Part shown: positions 57,712-64,000 of the stretch, one piece after another
Numbering within the stretch: the first letter of the stretch is position 1
Layout: each line of letters opens with the position of its first letter
From: Acidobacteriota bacterium
GTDB lineage: Bacteria; Acidobacteriota; UBA6911; RPQK01; JAJDTT01
Length of the DNA stretch: 64,000 nucleotides
NCBI GenBank assembly: GCA_965209055.1
Contig: OZ242374.1
Location: 2,816,001 to 2,880,000 of the forward strand
Reading direction: 5' to 3'
The notes under the pieces: generated by a model
What the model was told of the DNA's origin: nothing
Databases searched by the model: none
The model's input: the letters and a program-made list of their open reading frames with translations, nothing else
Position numbers and translations under genes: made by a program

Positions 57712-58752
57712 ATGACCAATGGATCGCCGGGCGAACCGGTTCGAGTCGTGAATGTGGACTGCTATCTCGCGGAGAAGAGCGACAACTATGCCGACGAGAG
57801 GAAAACGATCGAAGATCTGGGCGGCGAGTTGGTTCTGAAGCGGGCGCTCACCGAAGAGGAGATCATCGAGACCTGCGCCGGAGCCCGGATCATTTTGAGC
57901 GAAGGCCTGTCCAGTCCCATCAGCAGGCGGGTGATCGAAAACCTGGACGACTGCTGGGCCCTGGGACGTTACGGGATCGGCGTGGACAACATCGACGTCG
58001 AAGCCGCCACCGACCATGGGATCATCGTCTTCAACGTGGCGGACTACTGCGTCAATGAGGTGGCGGACCACGCCGCGGCCCTGGTCCTGGCCTGCGCGCG
58101 TCGCGTCGTGAGTTCTGATCGATATGTCAGGTCGGGCGGTTGGTCCGATCCGCCGTTGGACCCGCCGCTGCGCCGGCTTGATCGTCTCACCGTGGGGTTG
58201 GTCGGATTCGGGAACATCGGCCGCCGTGTGGTCCCGCGGCTCCGGGGATTCGGTATGCGGATCATCGCCACCGATCCCTTTGTGGATCCGGAAATCGCAT
58301 CGGATCTGGACGTGGAGTTGACCTCGTTGGAACGGGTCATGAAGGAGTCGGACTTCGTCTCCATTCATACCTTTTTGAACCCCAGCACCCGGCATCTCAT
58401 CGGAGCTCACGAAATCGGCCTGATGAAGCCCACGGCTTTTCTCATCAACACCAGCCGCGGCGGGGTGGTGGACGAGGAAGCTCTGATCGCGGCTCTGAAG
58501 GACCGCCGGATCGGGGGAGCCGGCCTGGACGTGACGGATCAGGAGCCGCTCGCCGCCGACAGTCCCCTGAGAAGCCTGGAGAATGCCATCGTCACGCCGC
58601 ACCATGGAGCCGCATCCGTGGAAGCCCTGGCCGACGTTTTCCGTGGAGTGACCGAGGCGGTCTCCTGTCTGATGCAGGGTTACTGGCCTCCCTTTCCCTT
58701 CAATCCCACGGTCCGGCCCCGGTTGGAGTTGAAGCCGTACGCCGACCGGTAG
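57712..58752 (+). CDS. D-2-hydroxyacid dehydrogenase (CtBP-like)
   Basis: GIGVDNID, GFGNIG, NTSRG, LDV..QEP, TPH. Confidence 0.9.
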   Translation: MTNGSPGEPVRVVNVDCYLAEKSDNYADERKTIEDLGGELVLKRALTEEEIIETCAGARIILSEGLSSPISRRVIENLDDCWALGRYGIGVDNIDVEAATDHGIIVFNVADYCVNEVADHAAALVLACARRVVSSDRYVRSGGWSDPPLDPPLRRLDRLTVGLVGFGNIGRRVVPRLRGFGMRIIATDPFVDPEIASDLDVELTSLERVMKESDFVSIHTFLNPSTRHLIGAHEIGLMKPTAFLINTSRGGVVDEEALIAALKDRRIGGAGLDVTDQEPLAADSPLRSLENAIVTPHHGAASVEALADVFRGVTEAVSCLMQGYWPPFPFNPTVRPRLELKPYADR

Positions 58753-58809
58753 CGGCTCGGCCGTCAGGGTCGTCTCCGGGGCCGAACGCACCCGAGAGCT
58801 CTTGATTCC

Positions 58810-59769
58810 ATGTTCTTGGGCATCGAAATCGGCGGGACCAAACTCCAGTTCGGTGTCGGCGCCGGAGACGGGACTCCCCCGGTCTCCCTGACACGCCGGA
58901 GAGTCGATCCCCCGGCCGGCGCGGCGGGCATCCTGGAGATGATTCGCGAGGCGGCTGCCGAATTGGCGTCGGCCCATTCCATTCGAGGGGTCGGGGTGGG
59001 TTTCGGCGGTCCGGTGGACGGAGCGAAGGGCCGGGTGCGCAAGAGCCACCACATCGCCGGCTGGGAGAACTACCCTCTGGTCGACTGGTTCCGCCGGAAT
59101 CTGGATTTGCCGGCCGTGCTGGGAAACGATTGCGACGTGGCCGCGTTGGCCGAGAGCCGCATCGGGGCGGGCCGGGGAAAGCACTCGGTCTTTTTCGTGA
59201 CGGTGGGAACGGGCGTGGGAGGCGGCTACGTCGTGAACGGGCGGCTCCAGGGCCAGGGGAGACCGTCGGTGTCCGAGATCGGGCATCTCCGCCCGGGACT
59301 GGACGCAGCGGATCCGGACCGAATCGTGGAAAGCCTGGCCAGCGGATGGTCCATTGCCGAATTTGTCCGCAGGAGGCTGAGTGCCGCGAAGTGCGATTCG
59401 AACCCGATCGATGGCCGGCTTCTGGAGCTCTGCCACGGAGACCCGGCGCGTCTGACCGCCAGGATGGTCGCCGACGCGGCTCGATCCGGGGACCCGCTGG
59501 CACTGGCCGCGTTCCGGCGGGCCACCCGGGGGCTGGGGTGGGCCATTGCCCAGGTCTTGACTCTGCTGGCGCCTGAGTTGATCGTGATCGGCGGCGGAGT
59601 GAGCCAGAGTGGCGAGGAACTGTTCTTCGCCCCGATTCGAAACGAGATCGAGCGGTACGTTTTCCCACCGCTCGCCGGGACGTATCAGGTCGTTCCGGCA
59701 AGATTGGGTGAAACGGTAGTGGTGGAAGGAGCCCTGCTCTTGGCCGGAACCGAGTGGAGTCGAGGTTGA
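58810..59769 (+). CDS. ROK family sugar kinase
   Basis: GIEIGGTK, GFGGP, NDCD, GTGVGGG, EIGH. Confidence 0.9.
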   Translation: MFLGIEIGGTKLQFGVGAGDGTPPVSLTRRRVDPPAGAAGILEMIREAAAELASAHSIRGVGVGFGGPVDGAKGRVRKSHHIAGWENYPLVDWFRRNLDLPAVLGNDCDVAALAESRIGAGRGKHSVFFVTVGTGVGGGYVVNGRLQGQGRPSVSEIGHLRPGLDAADPDRIVESLASGWSIAEFVRRRLSAAKCDSNPIDGRLLELCHGDPARLTARMVADAARSGDPLALAAFRRATRGLGWAIAQVLTLLAPELIVIGGGVSQSGEELFFAPIRNEIERYVFPPLAGTYQVVPARLGETVVVEGALLLAGTEWSRG

Positions 59770-60584
59770 AGCGTTCAATTTACGCAATTTTCGTCATGCT
59801 GGCCTGGGCTGGAACCTGCGGTATTTCCCTGGGGCAGAGTTCCCCCGCGCAGCCCTCGGAGAAAGAAATCCTTTCCCGGGCTCTGGAACGAAGCTTGGCC
59901 AACGACAGGCGGCGTTCGGAACAGGCCTATTCCTTTCGACACCTCCGGATCTCGGAGAAACTGAACAAGCAGGCCCAACCGACCCGGGTCGAAAGGCGCC
60001 TCTACCAAGTCGTTCCCGTAGGCAACGTCCGCTATGAGAGGTTGCTGGAGAAGGACGGAAAGCCCCTGAACGAGAAGGAGCAGGAGACCGAACGCCGGAA
60101 CGAGCAAAAATTCCGTCGGAGTATTGAGAGGGCCGGGGATGGCGGCAGGCCGGACGAAGATGAAATCCGGTTCAACCGGGATTTGGTGGACCGGTATCAC
60201 TTTCGAGTGGAAGGGGCGGAGGAGCTGCATGGCCGGGAGGTCTACCGGCTGACCTTTGAGCCCAAGAGCGGAAAGCTGCCTGTCAGGCGACGAATCGACC
60301 GTGCCCTGAACAACTCCTGCGGCTCGGTCTGGTTGGACCAGGAGTCGTACGAGATCGTCCGAGTCGAGTTCGAGCTCATGCGTCCGACGCGAATCTGGGG
60401 GGGAATCCTGGGTTCCATCTCACGCGTCGATGGAAGGCTGGATCGGAAAGAAGGCCGGGACGGCCACTGGTTTCCCAGTTATTTCCGGCTCTACCTCAAT
60501 GGGAGGATCCTGTTCCGGTCCCTGCACAGCCGGCTCGAGTCCCACTGGAGCGATTTCGTGCCGGTGGCAGAGCGCTCCGAATAG
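59766..60584 (+). CDS. Secreted hypothetical protein, copy 1
   Basis: TTG start overlapping the ROK stop; signal peptide; paralogue of 60895-61770. Confidence 0.75.
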   Translation: MKRSIYAIFVMLAWAGTCGISLGQSSPAQPSEKEILSRALERSLANDRRRSEQAYSFRHLRISEKLNKQAQPTRVERRLYQVVPVGNVRYERLLEKDGKPLNEKEQETERRNEQKFRRSIERAGDGGRPDEDEIRFNRDLVDRYHFRVEGAEELHGREVYRLTFEPKSGKLPVRRRIDRALNNSCGSVWLDQESYEIVRVEFELMRPTRIWGGILGSISRVDGRLDRKEGRDGHWFPSYFRLYLNGRILFRSLHSRLESHWSDFVPVAERSE

Positions 60585-60594
60585 TCCGGTGAAG

Positions 60595-60657
60595 TCATCG
60601 CCCCGCCAGGCAGCCGCCGTCGACGCTCACGGGCTGGCCGGTGAGGTACGAAGCGGC
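60595..60657 (-). pseudogene. 3' tail of an SDR paralogue
   Basis: AASYLTGQPVSVDGGCLAGR* versus intact AASYLTGQPVSVDGGSLAGR*. Confidence 0.85.
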
Positions 60658-60674
60658 TCGGTTCGGAGATCCCG

Positions 60675-60898
60675 TTGCCCAGGTTCTGAACCTGCTGGCG
60701 CCTCGGATCATCGTGATGGGAGGTGGGGTGAGCCTGAGTGGCGAGGAGTTGTACTTCGCCCCGATTCGAAATGAAATCGAGCGGTACGTTTTCCCACCGC
60801 TCGCCGGGACGCATCAGGTCGTTCCGGCAAGATTGGATGAAACTGTTGTGGTGGAAGGAGCCGTGCTCTTGGCCGGAATCGAGTGGAGTCCATCGTGA
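60675..60898 (+). pseudogene. 3' tail of a ROK paralogue
   Basis: AQVLNLLAPRIIVMGGGVS...EWSPS* matches the end of 58810-59769. Confidence 0.85.
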
Positions 60899-61770
60899 GG
60901 CGTTCGATCTGCGTCGTTGGTCTGCTGGCCTGGACCGTAACGGGAGCCCGGTTGTGGGGGCAGGACCCCGCACCTCAGCCCTCCGAGAAGGAGGTCCTTG
61001 CCCGGGCCCTGGAACGGGGCCTGGCCCGGGAACAGCAGGGTGTGGATCAACGTTATACGCACCGGCTGCTCCGGGTGGTGGAGAAGTTGGACCGGGACTC
61101 CCGTCCCGTCCGGGTCGAGAAGTTCCTGTACCAGGTGGTGTACATCGACGGAATGCGCTACGAGAGACTGCTGGAGAAGGACGGAAAACCGCTGGGGAAG
61201 CGGGAAAAGGAGGCCGAGCGTCGGAAAGAGGAGGACTTTCGGCGCCGCTTGCGGAAAGACGGGGATGGGGACAGCTTGAACGCGCGGGTGTTCCGCTTCA
61301 ACCGCGAATTGGTGGACCGGTATCGATTTCGTCTCACCGGGACCGGCGAGGTCAACGGACGCCAGGCGTTCGTCGTGAGCTTCGAGCCCAAGAGCGAAAA
61401 GCTTCCGGTCCGGCACAGAGTCGACCGGGCCCTGAACAACTCCAGAGGCCGCGTCTGGCTCGACCAGGAGTCGTACGACATCGCCCGGGTCGAGTTCCGG
61501 ATGTTTCGGACCACCCGGTTCGGGTGGGGCATCCTGGGTTCCATATCCCACGTCGAGGGCATGCTGGAGTGCCGGGAAGGGGAGGGCGGGAATTGGTTCC
61601 CGAGTCTTTTTCGGATCTATCTCAAGGGGAGGGTCCTGTTTCGATCCATGCACACCCGGCGGACCTCCCACTGGAGTGATTTCGAGCCGGTTGCGGAGGC
61701 GCCTTCGCAGTCGAGCCGGGTCACCTCCCGGCCAGAGAGCCTCCGTCCACGCTCACGGGCTGGCCGGTGA
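60895..61770 (+). CDS. Secreted hypothetical protein, copy 2
   Basis: QPSEKE, YERLLEKDGKPL, FEPKS, VWLDQESY shared with copy 1. Confidence 0.75.
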   Translation: MRRSICVVGLLAWTVTGARLWGQDPAPQPSEKEVLARALERGLAREQQGVDQRYTHRLLRVVEKLDRDSRPVRVEKFLYQVVYIDGMRYERLLEKDGKPLGKREKEAERRKEEDFRRRLRKDGDGDSLNARVFRFNRELVDRYRFRLTGTGEVNGRQAFVVSFEPKSEKLPVRHRVDRALNNSRGRVWLDQESYDIARVEFRMFRTTRFGWGILGSISHVEGMLECREGEGGNWFPSLFRIYLKGRVLFRSMHTRRTSHWSDFEPVAEAPSQSSRVTSRPESLRPRSRAGR

Positions 61771-62488
61771 GGTAGGACGCGGCGTCGGAACACATCCAGA
61801 CCACGGCCTCCGCCACCTCCTCCGCCGTTCCCCAGCGCCGCGACGGGGTGCGCATGGCGGTCGCGGCCATCTTGGCCGGATCCCGTCCCAACAATCTGTC
61901 GGCCATGGGAGTGTCGATGGCGCCGGGACAGACGGCGTTCACCCGGATCCCCTCCCGGGCGTACTCCACGGCGGCGGCCCGGGTCAGGCCCATGACGCCG
62001 TGCTTGCTGGCGTTGTAGGCGCTGACCCCGTTGCCGGTCCCCACCAGGCCGGAGCCCGAAGAGGTGTTGACGATGACCCCGCCTCCCTGCAGCAGCATCT
62101 GCCTGATCTGGAACTTCATGCAGTACCAGACGCCGGTCAGATTGATGGCCGTCACCCGGTCGAACATCTCCTCCGAGTAGTCGTGAAAGGGGGTTGTCTC
62201 ACCCTCGATGCCGGCGTTGTTGTGGGCGCAGTCGAGGCGGCCGTGCAGCTTCACCGTGTCCCGGATCAGGGCTTCGACCTGGTCCCGGTCCGCGACGTCG
62301 GCGGGCAGGGAATGGGCCGTGCCGCCGGCAGCCAAAACTTGCCGGGTGATTTCTGCGCTCCATTCCGGATTCAGGTCCGAGACCACGACCCGGGCTCCCT
62401 CCCGGGCGCAGGCCAGAGCGGTGGCGCGGCCGATGCCGGATCCGGCGCCGGTGATGAGAATCACCTTGTCCTTGAGACTATCCGGCAT
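61721..62488 (-). CDS. Short-chain dehydrogenase/reductase
   Basis: TGAGSGIG, NNAG, YNASK. Confidence 0.92.
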   Translation of the reverse strand: MPDSLKDKVILITGAGSGIGRATALACAREGARVVVSDLNPEWSAEITRQVLAAGGTAHSLPADVADRDQVEALIRDTVKLHGRLDCAHNNAGIEGETTPFHDYSEEMFDRVTAINLTGVWYCMKFQIRQMLLQGGGVIVNTSSGSGLVGTGNGVSAYNASKHGVMGLTRAAAVEYAREGIRVNAVCPGAIDTPMADRLLGRDPAKMAATAMRTPSRRWGTAEEVAEAVVWMCSDAASYLTGQPVSVDGGSLAGR

Positions 62489-62515
62489 GCTGGACCTCTC
62501 CTCCCGGGAGAAAGG

Positions 62516-62620
62516 AGGGGCGATTCCCAATCGCCCGGTCATCGTCGCCAAGCTTGTTGGAACGGAGTTCGGCGGTTGGAAACCGCCGCTCCGGTTCGCC
62601 GGTCAGGAAACCACCGCTCC
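62516..62620. repeat. Triple REP unit
   Basis: Inverted homologue of 30271-30375. Confidence 0.8.
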
Positions 62621-62632
62621 TGCGCGGTCCGT

Positions 62633-64000
62633 TCAACCTTCGTCCCTCATCTTCTCGTAGATTCCCTTGGCCTTCTCGAAGAGGTCCTTCATTTCCCGGC
62701 GCTGGTCCGGGTCGGGGACGTTGGCCGTCTCCTCCAGCCAGGTCAGAGCCTCGTCGATCCAGGTGAGGAAGAAGGCGGCGTCTTGGGGCGATCGCGGTTT
62801 CCGGTCACCCACCTGAAGATAGATGGGGCTGGTGTGGGCCACCAGGGGAATTCCTCCCTGGTAGACCAGTTCGGGTCCGTAGGCCCGGGCCGCAAGCCAG
62901 GAGGTGTCCTGGACCCGGATCCGGTCTTTCAGCGTCAGGTCCCGTTCGCAGGATGGGTTCTCCAGCTTGGCGACGACCTTGCCGCCCTGGACGATGTCCA
63001 CCCAGTCGACTGGAATCCTGGATCGGACCGAAGCCGTCACCTCGATCTCCTCGCCCGCCGAGGCCGATAGGGTCTCCCCCAATTTGCGGCCGCCGGCGGT
63101 GAACCGGAGCATGGGGCCGGTGGTCACGAAGGTCCGTCCGGCCCGGATCCCGTCCAGCCAGGCATCGTAGGAAAAGGTTCCGGGGACCTGGACGTAGACA
63201 CGGGGGATTCCGGCCACCTGGATGTTGGACATCTTGTCGGTGCCGCCGGCCGCCGCCAGGCGAAAGCCGCAGTTCAGGAAGCGGTACCAGATCTCGGCGG
63301 CCGCAGGACGGTTGCGGCGGGGAGCCAGGGGGTCGCCCCAGGTCATGAGGTCGATGGAGTCCACCTTGCCCAGGGCCACGTCGATGGCCAGTTCGCCGCG
63401 CGCTCCCGGGAAGTGGGCCCAGCTCACGAACCCGCCCTGGGCATGGGCCTTGTCCGCCTGGTGCGCCATGGGCGGGTAGTCGATGCCGCCCGGGACCCCT
63501 TCGTCCGGGCCGCCCCAGGTCAGGGGATAGACCAGGTTCTTGAGATTCAGCAGGACCGTGTGCCCCAGGAAGTCGTGCCGGCTCTCCTCGTTCACGTAGA
63601 TGATGGTTTCCGGCTCCGAGATCCGGTCCGGTTCACCGGTGAAGTGCTCCACGTTGGTGATCAGCTCGTCCCACTTGGTAGCCAGGATGTTGATGACGTT
63701 CAGGTCTTCCGCCTTGGCCTCCAGCAGGGCGGCGTGGGGACTCACGAAATGGACGTGGGTGTCGCCCGAATACCAACCTTCCTGCCTCAGGTCCGACCAG
63801 CGGCGCAGTTGGACCTCCAGTTCCGGGACCTGTCCCTTCTTGACGGAGAAGGCGATGCTGCGGGGCTCGTATTCGATTCCCTTGAGGATCTCCATTTCGT
63901 AGCTTCCCGTGGCCAGGGGCAGAATGAAATCGGGACGAACGTAGGCATACGTCTTGTCCACCACGACCACGTCTCCTCCCACATCCTCGCGCCAGCCGAT
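62633..64000 (-). CDS. CehA/McbA-family (PHP-like) metallohydrolase, 5' end outside the window
   Basis: GWYSGDTHVHF, EESRH..GH, WAHF, AGGTD, AHTSPIY. Confidence 0.8.
   Translation of the reverse strand: MGWREDVGGDVVVVDKTYAYVRPDFILPLATGSYEMEILKGIEYEPRSIAFSVKKGQVPELEVQLRRWSDLRQEGWYSGDTHVHFVSPHAALLEAKAEDLNVINILATKWDELITNVEHFTGEPDRISEPETIIYVNEESRHDFLGHTVLLNLKNLVYPLTWGGPDEGVPGGIDYPPMAHQADKAHAQGGFVSWAHFPGARGELAIDVALGKVDSIDLMTWGDPLAPRRNRPAAAEIWYRFLNCGFRLAAAGGTDKMSNIQVAGIPRVYVQVPGTFSYDAWLDGIRAGRTFVTTGPMLRFTAGGRKLGETLSASAGEEIEVTASVRSRIPVDWVDIVQGGKVVAKLENPSCERDLTLKDRIRVQDTSWLAARAYGPELVYQGGIPLVAHTSPIYLQVGDRKPRSPQDAAFFLTWIDEALTWLEETANVPDPDQRREMKDLFEKAKGIYEKMRDEG

Noticed and set aside
57694-59787. Long antisense ORFs (also 7634-9562, 16827-18527, 28434-30497, 35510-37846)
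   Set aside because: Shadow frames of well-supported high-GC genes with no motifs of their own

Overview
High-GC bacterial chromosomal window. Oar-type TonB receptors and many Tat-exported hydrolases suggest Acidobacteriota (inference only). It holds catabolic and transport genes (czcCBA-type efflux, GH42, amidases, GGT, dipeptidase, enolase, SDRs, ROK, ABC exporter), many REP-like palindromes, three diverged tandem duplications, an IS21 remnant and two decayed toxin-antitoxin loci. The main signal is two related integrative elements. Element 2 (12062-16204) is complete, with a tyrosine integrase and GGGACTGTTAGTCC direct repeats. Element 1 (<1-4831) is partial and carries a GmrSD-Schlafen fusion and a NucS-like nuclease. 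Their right ends are homologous and both finish in register inside the 7-nt loop of a REP hairpin, but with different loop sequences. Element 2 keeps a 5' half-tRNA relic whose anticodon-loop position coincides with that loop. Both elements share a ~280-bp multi-hairpin non-coding module. A second highlight is a GOLPH3/GPP34-cytochrome P450 fusion next to an Stf3-like sulfotransferase. All family assignments come from motifs recognised by eye; no searches were run.
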